DNA of 62,616 nucleotides, filler included, from Circinaria calcarea (lineage: Eukaryota), in NCBI GenBank assembly GCA_051942165.1. It is 5 parts of 5 records of this genome, joined end to end, with 100 filler letters (N's around TTAATTAATTAA, not from the genome) between each part and the next. Parts side by side here need not be neighbours in the genome. Positions count along the whole stretch, not along the records: positions 12,572 to 25,027 come from JAVECS010000566.1; positions 25,128 to 37,578 come from JAVECS010000567.1; 3 more parts are not named here. One strand, written 5' to 3'. The notes below the pieces were generated by a model that saw nothing but the letters and a program-made list of their open reading frames with translations, ran no database searches and was not told the origin of the DNA. Shown in pieces: positions 13,724 through 27,794 of the stretch; within the stretch, counting starts at the first letter, position 1, and each line of letters begins with the position of its first letter. The translations under genes and the position numbers were made by a program.

Positions 13724-14529
13724 GATCGAATAGGAAACCCGACTTATTATGATTAGGATGATAGCACTGGGATTTCAAGGGTAGCAGTGATACGAATGCC
13801 CAGCCAGAAACGAAGATAGACAAGCATCCATAGACGCAAGGCTGTCAGCGTAAAAGTCTTCAGAATTTCATTATTATAGCTTTCTGCCCTTTCGAGGGGA
13901 ACATGATTCATGTTCATGGACAGATTGATTTCTCTTCATTATCTCAATTGTTACACTTTGGGCCTCTATTGTCCGTCTTGAATCTCAAATATTCATTGCT
14001 GCTTGCATTATATTTTTAATCTCGATGTCAATGGTTGAGGTTAAGAGTAGGTTGCTTACTGGTGCGAATGAAATTCATGAGCCAGCATAAGCTGGAGGGG
14101 GATGCCACAACGGTTTCCTCCTGAAAACTGGTAAACAGCATGACCGTCGACAAGGCATATATTTAAAAAGTAAGCAATAGTCGAGTTCCGTTGCGGAAGT
14201 CGCAGGGTTATATAATAACATAAAGTCCTTCCTAGATCGTATTCTAGAGGGGGGTCCACTACGATTGGAGTCTTCAGACTTGGCGTTTATGTGAACTCTA
14301 GGTACTCGGGGCCGGCACTAACGGGCCGGCCCGAATGCCCGGCTCTGCTACACACCCCAGTTTTTAGCGCTGCCCCTGAAAAGGCGCGTCCTACGTTGTA
14401 CGCAGCAAATTGTAAAATGTGAGCATGCAAACCGCGGGCCACATTCTCCTCACATACAAGTTGGCATCCGATTGAATACGACCAAAAGATTCGAGTATGC
14501 TATAGTACTGACTTTGTTACGTTGGCAAC

Positions 14530-17500
14530 ATGTCACGTTTGCTTGAGAGACGATGGGCCTCTTTGCTTGTGTTACTAGCTGTCCTGTGCTGCCTTGTTCC
14601 TCCGGCCAGTATGTAGCAGCTATCGGCGGCCTTGTCGTTATCTGTCAAGCTTACTCTCCTACAGAAATGGTGAAGCACGAGAACTTCAAAACATGCGAAC
14701 AATCAGGCTTCTGCACGCGTAATCGGGCCTATGCCGACAGAGTAACATCCAAAGGCAGCTCCTGGACTTCTCCCTACTGGATAGATGGTGGTTTGGAAGC
14801 AAAGGATGGCAGACTTTCAGGCGTCATACTTAAGAAAGTAGATGGCAGGAGTGAGGAGGTTAGACTGCCTGTGGTGATTACCTTCCTCGAATCCGGAACC
14901 GTCAGAGTCACAGTCGATGAAGCGAGGAGACAAAATGGGGATATTGAGCTTCGCCATGGTAGTCAGGTCCGAAAGGAGCGATACAATGAACTTTCATCAT
15001 GGGTTTTAGTTGGTGGGTTAAATACCGATAGCAGCATTGCTGTGAACAGCGACGAGGAAAATACCGTTGTGAAATATGGCCCCAATAAGAAATACGAAGC
15101 TGTTATTCGGCATACCCCTTTCAGCATCGACTTTATACGGGATGATCATGTACACGTCAGCTTGAACGGGCGAGGCCTTATGAGTATGGAGCACTGGAGA
15201 CCCAAAGTTGAGAAAGAAGTCAAAGAGACAAAAGAAGGCGAGGAGGGTGCTAAAGAGGAGAACCTCGAAACCACAGAACTGTCAACGGATGAGAGCACAT
15301 GGTGGGAGGAGAGCTTTGGAGGAAACACAGACTCTAAGCCCAAAGGTCCAGAAAGTGTTGGCCTGGACATTACGTTCCCTGGCTATGAACATGTTTTTGG
15401 GATTCCTATGCACGCTGCTCCATTATCTTTGAAGGAGACCCGGTAGGCTGGATCTAAACCACAAGATTTGGGTGCTACTAACAGACTCCATATGCAGTGG
15501 TGGCTCCGGTAACTATGACCAGCCATACAGGATGTATAACAGCGATGTTTTCGAGTACGAAATGGACAGCCCAATGACACTCTATGGGTCTATCCCGTTC
15601 ATGCAGGTTCATCGCAAAGACTCGACAGTTGGAGTGTTATGGTTCAACGCTGCAGAAACTTGGGTGGATGTCGTCAAATCAAAGGTCTCAAGTAATCCAT
15701 TGAGCCTGGGCATTGGAGGCAGGACCGATACACAAACTCACTGGTTTTCAGAGAACGGTCTCCTAGACATTTTCATCTTTCTTGGACCTACGACGCAAGA
15801 TGTTATCCACTCTTACTCGGAGCTAACAGGATACTCCCCGCTTCCCCAGCACTTTGCCCTTGGTTACCATCAGTGTAGATGGAACTACGTTTCCGATGAA
15901 GACGTTCGAGATGTTGACCGCAAATTTGACAAACACAAGATCCCTTACGATGTCATCTGGCTTGATATCGAATATACGGACGGCAAGAAGTACTTCACAT
16001 GGGATCCTCACACCTTTCCGGATCCTCTTGGAATGCAAAAGCAACTTGATGAACACGAAAGGAAGCTGGTCATAATCGTAGATCCTCACATTAAGAACGA
16101 AGCGAACTATCCTGTGGTTGATGCTTTGAAGTCAAAAGATCTTGGAATAAAAAGCAAGGACAAGGTCATCTATGAAGGCTGGTGCTGGCCTGGCTCATCC
16201 TATTGGATTGACTGTTTCAACCCAGCAGCGGTAGAATGGTGGAAGGAACTCTTCACCTACAAGTCATTCAAAGGCACATCCAGCAACACGTTTCTATGGA
16301 ATGATATGAATGAGCCATCAGGTAAGGGCCGTGTTTATACTTGTCAACGATTTGTTTTCACGTCTTTTACTAACGCTACTGATTCTTTTCTCTAGTCTTC
16401 AACGGGCCCGAGACGACGATGCCAAAGGATAATATTCATCATGGTAATTGGGAGCATCGGGATATACACAACCTTAATGGCCTCACCGTCATCAACGCAA
16501 CATATGAAGCCCTTCTGCATCGCGATTCTCCTCACAAGCGTCCCTTTGTCCTAACTCGGTCATTCTACACAGGCTCTCAGCGTCTTGGAGCTATGTGGAC
16601 TGGTGACAACTTGGCCTCCTGGTCACACCTTGTTGCTTCAATTCCCATGACCTTATCGATGAACATTGCTGGCTTCCCTTTTGCCGGTGCGGACGTAGGG
16701 GGCTTCTTCGGAATTCCGAGCCATGAGCTCTTGACGCGTTGGTATCAGGCTGGTATCTTCAATCCCTTTTTCCGGGCTCATGCCCACATCGATTCGAGAC
16801 GTAGAGAACCGTATGTGCCAGGCTCTCCGTACACGGAAATCATAACTCAGGCGATTCGGCTTCGATACCAGCTATTACCAGCTTGGTATACCGCGTTCCA
16901 CGAGGCTTCTACCACCGGTGCTCCTATCGTTCGCCCACATTACTATGTTCATCCTTCGGATGAGAAGGGTTTTGCGATCGATGATCAGTTCTACATTGGC
17001 GGCACTGGGCTGCTAGCGAAACCGGTCACCACGGAAGGTGCGGAGAGCGTTGAGATTTACATTTCTGATCGGGAGAGGTACTACAATTACTTTGATTACA
17101 GTATCTTCTATGGTGCTGGCAAAACGCACAAGGTTGGCGCGCCCCTCGACAGGATCCCTCTTCTCATGCAGGGTGGGCATATCATTCCACGGCGTGATCG
17201 CCCCAGGAAGAGTAGCGGTCTCATGAAATGGGACCCCTTTACTCTGGTGGTGGTGCTCGGGATTAGAGGTAATGCAGAGGGGACCCTCTACCTCGACGAC
17301 GGGGAATCTTTTGATTTCCAAGCCGGCGCCTACATCCACCGTAAATTCACCTTCTCCGACGCCTCTCAGTCGCTTGTCTCTGAAAATCTCGCCGAGGAGG
17401 GTAAGAAGACGAAAGCATATCTCAAGTCCATGGCAAAGGTTCGCGTGGAGAAGATTGTGATTGTAGGTGCGCCCTTTGATTGGATGAACAAGAAAGAAGT

Positions 17501-17642
17501 CCTGGTACTCGAGGACGGGAAAAAAGAGGGCAGGAAAACGGCGCTGAAATGGCATGCTGCGCAGGCTGCGAGGGCATCATGGGCTGTGGTCAGGGATCCG
17601 GGCGTCGGGGTGGGGAACGGATGGAAAATCGACTTCTCTTGA
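14530..17642 (+). CDS. gls2: ER glucosidase II alpha subunit (GH31)
   Basis: Signal peptide MSRLLERRWASLLVLLAVLCC; introns 14609-14664, 15443-15497, 16322-16395; motifs FKTCEQSGFC, GYHQCRWNY, WLDIEY, WNDMNEPSVF, WTGDN, GADVGGF, FFRAHAH. Confidence 0.96.
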
Positions 17643-19258
17643 TTATAGCAGGTAGATGTCATCTTCAAGGCAACACGGGTTTATATCTTTTGCCACAAAA
17701 AAAAAAAAAAAAAAACTGGCTATAGATGATATATTTCTGTATGGGGTCAACAAAATATAATCGTCTGCCATGGTTCCCAAGCCGGGCTATGCTTTGCACC
17801 TTGTTTCAATTTACGCTCAATAGTTTATACGTGGTCCTTCTCTTCATCCACGTATCCTCCATTCCCCCAAGCTAGCACAACAACCTCTCTGACACTGTTA
17901 CGCATTCCATCCTATTTTTCTCTTTCTGCGCCCATCTCCCTTCCCACCCGCCTAACAGAAACCACTATCTTCCCCTGCGGCGCTAAATGTCTTGGCGACC
18001 TTTGGCAACATTTTTAGATTTCCATCACAATCTCTAACGTCTTGCTAATATTTTATATTAGCAAGTGATCCCGGCGTTTAGTTCCTTTCACCAACTTCCT
18101 TTGTTCGGCCGCCTGCTCTTCCACATGCCGCTCCACCCGTCTGTCATTCGACTTCCCACCCCTTCACTATATGCTGTTTTCCTCCAGCATGATTGTGTCA
18201 ATGACAAGATCTGTTCCGACAGCAAGCCTTGCTCTTTACTAATGGCGATTGGGTAAGAATGAGTGTTGTATATACTGTATGCCAGCGTGGGTTTGCGAAG
18301 CTGACTTGGAAGCCAGATCCGGGGTTTTTTTCTTCGGCTGCCATTCAGAACGAACGGCGCTGCCGACTGTTTTCGGGCTGCTGAATTACTGTGTGGGTCA
18401 CTACTCATGGTGGGCGGACTCGCATGTGTGGCACTGCTGTTGCTATGCTTTGTTTGACTGCTACGCCTCCGGTGGAGGACTTCCCTATGCCCCAGGTGAA
18501 AATCTCAATGGTTCCGGCAATTGAAGACTGCTTGTGCTTACTAATGCTGGTGCTGTACTTGCTGCGCCACGGACCTTAGCTTATTACCAGCTCTACTGGC
18601 CCTAGATCCAAAGCTCTTTTGCATCCCATCGTCACCTGAACATAGGTGCAAAGGAGTCGCTGAGAACATGGGGTCGTATGCTGTTTGCCTACACTATGTC
18701 CGGGTTCTGTGCTTACTTCATGCAGGGCTCTTTGGGGCTTACCGCCTGTAGGGCTTTCTAGTGCCTGGTTGGAGGACTGTCGTGCCTATGGTGTGAAGCG
18801 CGTTCTTTCTTGGCTGCAGCTATTGACTAAGAGACTATTTTCGTAACTAGCCTCGCCGAAAACTCCCACTGCTATCGAATAGATGCTAATGTCATGTCAA
18901 GGACTGAAAATGGCTTGGATTGGCTAGAATGAAAGCACAATGTGCTTGTGTTACATGCAGTGTGGGTTATGCAGCGTGGGTCATGCAGCGTGGGTAAGGC
19001 TGTGAGGCGCGCAGCATCTACTGAGACCGTAATAGGATTCAGTGTGGTAGCGATTGGCACATAGAGCCTCAACGCTGATATCAGAAGGTTATTATCTGCA
19101 TGCAGCCTTGTCGCCTTGTCGCCTTGTCGCCTTGGGGCGAGAGATTTATCTACCTCCGCCCCCCTTTGATCTTTATCGACTCTGTACGCTGCCTTTCTCT
19201 TATCTGCATTAGAAGGCTTAATCTTCCTTGGGCCATAACATGTGCTGGTATCGTTGAG

Positions 19259-19990
19259 ATGGCAAATCTTCAACTGCAATGGGATCTGTCGCGAAACTCA
19301 GAATCAGTTTTTTCTGTTGCTCAAGGTATCATCCGCGCGTCGACACATGACAATGTGCAGACTCTAGCACTTCTAGCCTGCGAAAGTTTTGGAGCTACTC
19401 TGGCTATTTGTCCAGAGACACGCAGAAGGTAGAACACCAGGTTCTGAAGGTACAGACACCCATTACCAGCGTTATTGCTTTCCTCGGCGCGACGGTGGGC
19501 TACTCATCAGATGACTGCGCTTCGCAGATGGCAGAAAGCCTCGCTGGTGTGAACTTCCTGAGTCTTGCGGCTACCTTCCTAGTATAGGCGCGTACGAAGG
19601 GGGTAAGGTACTTGCATTGATGCGGGAGAATTCAGCAGCGGACAAGACATTTCTCCCCCCTGAAAGGCATTTGAAAGATCTCTTAACGGCATTAGAGTAT
19701 CGATGTGTGCAATTAGGGTTCTCTGATCTTGTAGTTGGGTGGCAAAAGTTGTTGTCTCATGCTCCTCAGTGTTCGGAGACGGATCGCGGCTTTTACCGAG
19801 TATCTCTCAACGCACCTTCGAGCGAAGGATTGGATAAGCTGGTTGACGCCTTCAGGCAGCTCGGTAGGATTGGAGATGTTTCGGCGATCACAATTACAGC
19901 TCGTCAATGTACGGCGTGGATTACTGCTTTCACGCAATGGTGCTTGGGAATTCCTCCTTTAGTTCTCTGGCGCGATGGCACTTTAATATA
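19259..19990 (+). pseudogene. Frameshifted, 3'-truncated fungal hypothetical gene (MANLQLQWDLS...HDNVQTLALLACESFGATLAICPET)
   Basis: Protein-like reading continues across two frameshifts (about 19430 and 19575) into ORF 19617-19991, then ends abruptly in AT-rich DNA next to the TIR element. Confidence 0.7.
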
Positions 19991-20206
19991 GCATTTAATA
20001 TAATATTTAATATAATATTAGTTGAATCACAACGGTATATAGGGGGCAGTGGAAAGACCTCTGGTCGGTTGTAATTCAACTGGTTATGAGCCCGGGTTAG
20101 CGCTAAGACGGTTGCGTTCCTTAGAGGTTTCCGTCCTCTTCGTAGATGCGGCTCTTACTACGCGCAAATGGGCGAATAGGCTTAGAGGTTGATTCCTCTT
20201 CGTATA

Positions 20207-20288
20207 GTGGGTAGGGCACTCACGCCTGGAGAAACAAGTGAGCCAAGTGGGCAGGGCACTCACGCCTGGAGTAATAAGTGAGCCAAGT
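20207..20288. repeat. Two copies of a 40-bp subterminal tandem repeat GTGGGYAGGGCACTCACGCCTGGAG..AAGTGAGCCAA
   Basis: Direct reading. Confidence 0.85.
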
Positions 20289-23200
20289 TGCGGCTGTTGC
20301 TACGCGTGGATATCACGAATAATACTGGAACGACCAGTATAGAAAGCAGGATGACAACCTACGGAAGAGCGTTAAGACGACAACCTACAGAATAATCATC
20401 TATTAAAACCTTTACCAATTCATCGAATCTAGTACATACGAATAATATTACCCTTTCGACTTAATACCTGAATACGATAAGACTATATGAGTTCCTTGCT
20501 CGACGACCTGTTCATCGATAATATTGATATAATCCAATGGCGCGGATTGCCATTACTATTCAATAGCGCGGGTGATAAATTAAATAATAACTCGTAAATA
20601 AATACCCTTATATTAGTTTATATATTAATTATTCGATTCCAGCCTGTACGTATAAAACTATTATATCGAACTTCAACTCATCGATCCGATTTGTATGTAG
20701 AATCGCTATTTCGATCAAATACTTCCAATCGATACCTTCGTTAGGAGAAGTAAAATTATAAAAAAACAGGATTTTGCTCCAGGGGGAAATACACTTCGAT
20801 ACCGCATTAAAAGCATGTAAATTGACCGCAGTCAACCTGCAATGATTATAATCACTGCGAATCTACAGCCAAGCGCCGTATAAGAACACCGCCCTGGAAA
20901 CCCTGCCTATTCGGTAAGATGTCAACTCGACGATCATTCTTATGCTAAACACACTGAATTGCCTTTCGTCGAATGCCCATATCGAACACAGTATCCGGAG
21001 CTGCTATATTCGATTATTCTTAATTTACTAAACTAATTCCATGCCCTCGAACCGAATCAGCCATTCAATATTCGTTTTTAGAACTCGCGGATCCAGACTT
21101 AAAAGCTCATGCCTAATTAGAAATTAATATCGTATTAAAAGTATATATAAAGAAGACGAGTTCAGAGCTCAGGAGGAGATCTATTCAATATATTGCGAGT
21201 ATACTGACTGCAGTCAACTATGCTGATTATAGCCATAAAGCCCTGCTCTCGTCCTCTGATAAGTATTAATCCGTCGATTCAGCCTGTATCTATAGGGTTA
21301 TCTAATCGACTGCCAAATTTCGATACTTATTTATATATTCAGAATACGTATCGAATAGCTAAATCGAACGCCTACATCGATTACAGCTGCATGAGAGCTA
21401 TACCTTTCGATTTAATACTTTTAACGATACCTTCGCTGGTAGAAGCAAAACCGTGAATATGCAGGATATTGTTTCAGGGGGAGATATATTACGGTACCGC
21501 GATAGAAGCATTTATTTACGCATCGTATTAATCTTACTGCTCTGGAAACTCTGCCTATTCGGTAATATTCTTAACCTCTCGATCCAACGCGTATTTATAA
21601 TGTTGTCTGATCGATCGCTAATCTATCGACTCAACTGATATCTATATAATTGCTTAATCGATTGTCAACTTCGATACTTATTCGTATATAGATCTTACCA
21701 CGCACCGAATAGCTATATCGATCGTTTATATCGAACATAGCATACGAAGCTGCCTTATTCGACCATTTATATTACTAAACCTGGTGCTTAGCATCAGTGC
21801 CACTCAATAATATTAAGAAGATGAGTCCAAGGATTAAGGGAAGATTTATTCAATATACTGCGTGCATATTGACTGCAGTCAATTTCGTTGACTATAGTTA
21901 TGGAGATCCACTCTTATCTTCTGATAAGCTGTCGATGTAACTCGCTTCTAGAGTTATTTAATCGATTGCTAACTCGACGTTAATTCGTATAAATATGTAT
22001 GTATAGAATTGTCTTCGTCGAAACCTAAATTCATCGACTCAGCTCGCGCTCTCAGAGCTGTCGTGTCGATCGAGAATAACTGAACTGATACCACCGAATC
22101 AGCCATTCAATTTCGTTTTCGGAATATGCGGGACCAAATCTGGAAGCTTATTCCGCAGTTTAAAGGCACTCATTATAAAAGATATGCGTTTCAGGGGGAG
22201 ATTCTATTCAGAACCTCATATCTTTCGGCTTATGATAATATCGATACAACCAGCATATATACGCGGTTATAATATCGATATCAACTCGGCGTTAATTCGC
22301 ATGCTTCACGACCTTACGCATAGAATTACCACCGCCGACTCTCAACCTCTCGACGCCGATTTGCATGCATGCATCACTCGCATAGAATCGCCATCACGTC
22401 GAATATCAATCTCGATATCTACTCGTATGTAGACCTCGCATCGAATAGCCATATCGAATGTCTATATCGAACACAACGTACGGAGCTGCCACGTTCGACC
22501 ACTTAATGGCTGAACCTGATGCCCAATATTAGAGCTATTCAGCCTTGCCTTCAGAACTCGCGGGTCTAGACTTAAAAGTTTCCTTCACGGTTTAAAAGGC
22601 ACACGCCATAAAAAACATACGCTTCAGGGGGAAATTATACATCTAATCTATATTCCTTTTATTAAATTCTTAGAACCCTATATCTTCTAATAACTAATAA
22701 TATCGATATAACTCACGCGTATATAGAGTTGCTCTTCGATATTAACTCGATATTAATTCGCATGCCTGCGTACTGCGCGCGGAATTGCCTTTGTTGATAT
22801 CAATCTCTCGATTTTACTCGCACCTATAAAACAGCCATATCGAGTACCAATTCGACCACCATTCATATACCAGCCCAAGTATAGAATAGCCCGGTCGAAC
22901 CTTGACATATCGATTCAGCTCGCACCTATAGAGTTGTCTTATCGATTATTAATCCTTCGACCATGATTCGCACACACGGAATCGCCCCTTGGTCGAATAT
23001 TAATTTATCGATTCTGTTTACACCTACGAAATAGCTAAATCGAATGCTAATTCGACTTTAATTTATATACAGCATGCATACGCATGAGATTGCCTCCGTC
23101 GAATTTCACCTCGTCGATTCCGACTCGAACTCCTAGAGTCGTCTTATCGACTATCAATATCGATTCAATTTGTGCGTCAGATTATATTATCGATCTATTA

Positions 23201-23984
23201 ACCTCGATTCGATTTATAATAAAACCAAATTGTTATATCGAGAAGAAAGAGCTAACCTGATGCCGAATATCAACTGAATTAATATTGTTTTTAGAATTCG
23301 CAGGCCCAGACCTAGAAATTCACGCTTAACTAGTCAAAAGCATAAATATAAAAAAAATAAAGGGATAATAGCCTAAAGGGAGCTATATTTATATATAGGG
23401 CATACAGCTCTACGACCGATATGCTTTCATATGTATGTTGATTATAATTATCTTACGATGACTATAGTCACCACACGCCACGCGTTATATACACCGCCCT
23501 AGAAACCTCGTCCTTCGATAAGCGATTCAATAGTTAAATAAGCTTCGCAGCTTATTTTTCGATTCGATTATATTGAATAGCTACGTTTATTTGAAAGCTA
23601 TTATTCGATTCCTTTTTCTTTTTTAACTCAATCAATTCGATTTCGCTATTCGCCTGCTTCCGATAAACAGCTTCTACGAATGCTTAACCACCTTCTTTAT
23701 CCCGTTTTTAGGCCCGCCGCGCACCTTAGCGATTCCGTGGTGGGTTATCCTTTCCTCGATGGATATGCCGACCTCGTCCAGGCCATTATTTCTCTGATGG
23801 TGGCGACGAGGGGGAGAATAGGGGTATAAGAAAAGCCGGAGGCGGACACAGCCCCGGAGGAGCATGCAGGGAGCCGCAGGCGAGCGGAAGGAGTATACTA
23901 AAGGGAGTAACTGTGGTTACCATTTAGTGTGGAGGACATACCACTGGGAGCGAAGCAGCTACCAGTGCCATGGAGGGAAGCTAT

Positions 23985-24265
23985 ACTCAGGGGGAGCTAC
24001 GCAGTAGTCACCTGATGTATAGGGAGCACCGCTTAGGGGGAACTATTATGCAGTCACCTGAGGCGAGTGGAAGAAGCACCGCTCAGGGGGAGCTGCTATA
24101 TAATCACCTGAGGCGAGTGGAAGAAGGTAATATCGATCAGGGGGAGCTGCTATACAATCACCTGACATGTCCGGAGGTAACACCGGTTAAGGGGAGCTGC
24201 TATGAAGTCACCTGACGTGCCCGGGGGTAATATTCAAAGGGAGCAGCAGCAGCAGTCACCTGAGG
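23985..24265. repeat. Minisatellite, about 6 units of 46-55 bp (GGGGAGCTGCTAT..ARTCACCTGA)
   Basis: CACCTGA recurs near 24010, 24055, 24104, 24159, 24208, 24257. Confidence 0.85.
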
Positions 24266-25027
24266 CCATCGGAAGCGTACGTATGAGGACCTCTGTAATA
24301 ATTATTTATAATGTTATATATTCACACGCTATGAACGCGGCCCCGAATACACTTCCGGTATTGCGACATACACGCCTTCCGAATATACGCCAGACGCCAG
24401 ACGCCTCTTCTTCTTCTTTCCTTCTTTTCTTCACCAAGTTCCTTTCGACCATTCTCTTTCGATATGAGTCGATCTCTTGGTCAGATAACACCTGTTGTTA
24501 TCTAGAGGCTATATCGCGCCCTCGCTCGCGTTATTATGTCTGACCTACTCACTACTCTTGCTCATCAGCCGCCCGCCACAGCTAATTCGACTCATTAACG
24601 CACAATGCTACTCCGTGCACGAAGGATCGGGTTATACCGGTCTCTAAGGCCTACGGCGCCTACGACCAACCCTCCGGGGGAGAGTTGAAAGGAGGCTAGA
24701 TCATAGGTGTAGAACCCGCAGGGGGCGGAGCCGGAATAGGACTAGCGTAGTGGCAGCTGTATATAATCTGCCAGTACACCTCTATAGCAATACAACCGAC
24801 CAGAGGTCTTTCCACTGCCCCCTATCTACCGTTGTAATTCAACTTAAATTATTATTAAAAAGTTTTTATATAATATTTCGCGAGGAAAATCTTTCTCGCT
24901 AAATTAATACCTCGTGACCTCGGTGTATTATTTTCCCGTAAAATTCGTAAAAGTTCTCGGGTAAAGTTCTTATTATTTTTTCGGTATTTATTCTATTATT
25001 TATTTTATATTTTATATTATATTTTAT

Positions 25028-25127
25028 NNNNNNNNNNNNNNNNNNNNNNNNNNNNNNNNNNNNNNNNNNNNTTAATTAATTAANNNNNNNNNNNNNNNNN
25101 NNNNNNNNNNNNNNNNNNNNNNNNNNN
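25028..25127. other. Artificial contig spacer
   Basis: N44-TTAATTAATTAA-N44. Confidence 0.99.
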
Positions 25128-25342
25128 GGGGAAAGGGGAGAGAAAGGGGATGGAGACTAAGGGAAATAGAGAAGAGTGAGGAGGCCGAGGGGCTTTCCAC
25201 TGAACATTCTCCACTTAACACGTCAACAATATATACATGTGCATAGATATGCCTAATTCACGAGCGAGAGAATTGAAACATGAGAAAAGGCAGAAATAGA
25301 TCATCTATACTATATGTGACTTTTTCTAAGCTAAATGTGATG

Positions 25343-26892
25343 TTATAATACGCCATTGGTATTGGACCTATCAATGACCTGACCGGGTTGTAAAGCGTAA
25401 AAGCCGTCTAGGGTGACTTTGACGGCGCCGGCTTGGACGAGCTAGAGATATACACCATATTAATTAAATCGTTCTTAGACTTTGTCGCTGAGACTTTTGG
25501 GGTCCACGAAAACTTACCGCTCGACTCAAATCATCAATCAAATCATCCACATCTTCAATCCCTACGCACAACCGGATAATATCCTCCGGCAGCGCCCTCT
25601 CCTTCCGCGTCTTCACATCGATACTCGCATGACTCATCCGGCACGGCATACTGATCAGACTATTCACGCACCCGAAACTGACACTGATCGCCCATAACCT
25701 CGCTGCTTCGACGATGCGTTCGCTAATGTCAATGTTGCCCGTTTCGAAGGAGAGGACGGCGCCTGCGCCGCGGGCCATGGAGTGGTGAAGGTCATATTGG
25801 GGGTGTGATTTCAGTCCTGGGTAGCGGACCTTGAAGCCGTGGGATTCGAGGAATTCGGCTATCCGTTGCGCATTGGATTGTTGTTGTTCGAGCCGGACTT
25901 TTAGGGTTTTGATGCCGCGGAGGAGGAGCCAAGAGTCAAAGGGTGCGAGACCGCAGCCGGTGCTGTTGATGGTGAAGTAGAGCCTGTCGCCAAGAGCAGA
26001 GGAGTTTACGGCAAGAACGCCAGCCATAAGATCATGGTGGCCGGAAAGATACTTGGTCCCGCTTTCGTAGACGATGTCCGCTCCTAGCTCGAGGGGATTC
26101 TGCAGCAAGGGTGAAAGCATGGTGTTATCCACTGCGACCAGCGCTTTAGAATTGGCTTCGTGTGTCAGAGCGGAGATGGTAGGGATGTCGACGATTTTGA
26201 TGAGAGGGTTTGTTGGGGTTTCGAGGAGAACCATTGCGGTTTTGGAGGAGAGGACGGGTCGGACCTTTTCGGGTGAAGTGGTATCGACGTGGTGGACGAT
26301 GATTTCGTTGTGGGTCGAGAGATATTTTAAGAGGCGGTTGGTGCCTCCGTAGAGGTCGTCTCCTGTTACCACTTCATCGCCCGGTTTGAGAAGACGAGTG
26401 ATAACATCCAAAGCCCCCATGCCGGAGGAGACCACGAGAGCTCGCTCGGCGCACATGATCTTGGCAAGATGGCGTTCGAGGTGAGTTCGTGTAGGGTTGC
26501 CGGAGCGCGTGTAATCATATTCGTTTCCTATGCCCTTGAATGTGGCTGACTAGATTCGCGCTCTAGTTAGCTTTGAGGTAATCCTGCTGTTGTAGTGATT
26601 TTCAATCTGCTCGTGTATTCCCCACCTCACTTCATTTGCCGCCGTTGGAGTATCGTACCTGGTATATGGGTACACTGCTGGCATTGTACTGATCCCCGCT
26701 ATCCGTATAAACCAACTCTGTCGCCAATGCGTACTTTCTGCCACTGCGGGGACTCGAAGGCGCAGGTGAAGGTGGCAGATTGTGGCCGTCCAGGTCCAGT
26801 TTCGAAAAAGCCTTTCCCAATGCACTGGGCTTTATGGAAGAGCTCCGAGCCCCTTCCGCATCGGCTGATGGCTCACCGCTTGGGCTTGACAT
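25343..26892 (-). CDS. STR3: Cystathionine beta-lyase (PLP-dependent, Cys/Met metabolism family)
   Basis: Introns 26550-26658 and 25442-25517; motifs PIYQSATF, YDYTRSGNPT, SSGMGA, LETPTNP, VDNT, PLP-lysine SGTKYLSGHHD, SFGCVNSL, IRLCVGIED. Confidence 0.93.
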
Positions 26893-27794
26893 GAGTACCA
26901 CGGGGGCTCTATTCCGGTTAACGGCTTCGTGCGCTCTCTTTATGGGACGATGGGGATGCTGTATCTTTGCCAGACGATTGTTCAAGTGTATTCTTTTCCA
27001 ACCGACTTGATCCCCTGTCCAGTTAATAGAATTGAATAGTCATGTACTTTTGTCGCGTTTGGGTGGTGGAGTAGCATCAGAAACCCAAAAAAATCCATGT
27101 GCATGAAGATCCAATCCTGGGAAAGTCCGGGGTCCGGTGACGCCATTTGCATTTGCCTTTGCCTTTCTTTGCAAAGACCGGCAACTTCCCAACGCCTATT
27201 CTACTATTCTACAAGATCGAATCAATGCACTCTACGGTTCTCCCACCCAAGCATTGCATTCATCTACTCGGTCAAATTGTCAAGAAGACAGAAGGGCGAT
27301 GATCTCGCACTCTCAGGAGCGGTATGGTAAGCGTGGCTAAAGTCATTGAACTGCCAATGGGGTGTGGAAACACCACAGCACCTCTTTTACTCCGTACTGC
27401 ACCCCGCAGGGCCATGAGATATCACAACTTACAAGTAGTAGCTCGTTATATCTTAAACTCTAGTTGGTGCTTCCGCGAGAATTATAGGACTGGAATATGA
27501 GTGACGGAGAGGGGTGTGTGTGGGAAGGTGAAGTAAGCGGAGGGTATGTTCTTGAGACCGCTCGAATCACATACCACTAAGTAGGTGATGGAACGCTCCT
27601 TGCGTTGCTCTCAATTTCTTGATATACTTTTATTCCCATCGAGTACCTATTTCTCCATTTATCCTTCCATACGATCTCCTTATCTCCATCCACGTACACT
27701 TCCAAAGTACCTTCCTTTTGCTCAAGTTCTGTTTTGCCGATATACGCCAGCGCCTCCGCTCTATGCATTCTTATCCATTCTCAACCTCTTGACC

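Larger units (their letters stand above)
20021..24843. mobile_element. 4.8-kb degenerate DNA element with 52-bp TIRs and TTA flanking duplication; no intact transposase
   Basis: 20021-20072 and 24792-24843 are reverse complements with 2 mismatches; TTA at 20018-20020 and 24844-24846; TpA-rich, stop-riddled interior consistent with RIP. Confidence 0.85.

Noticed and set aside
23985..24265. Repeat-spacer-like array resembling CRISPR
   Set aside because: Eukaryotic context, degenerate repeats, spacers similar to each other, no cas genes; it is a minisatellite
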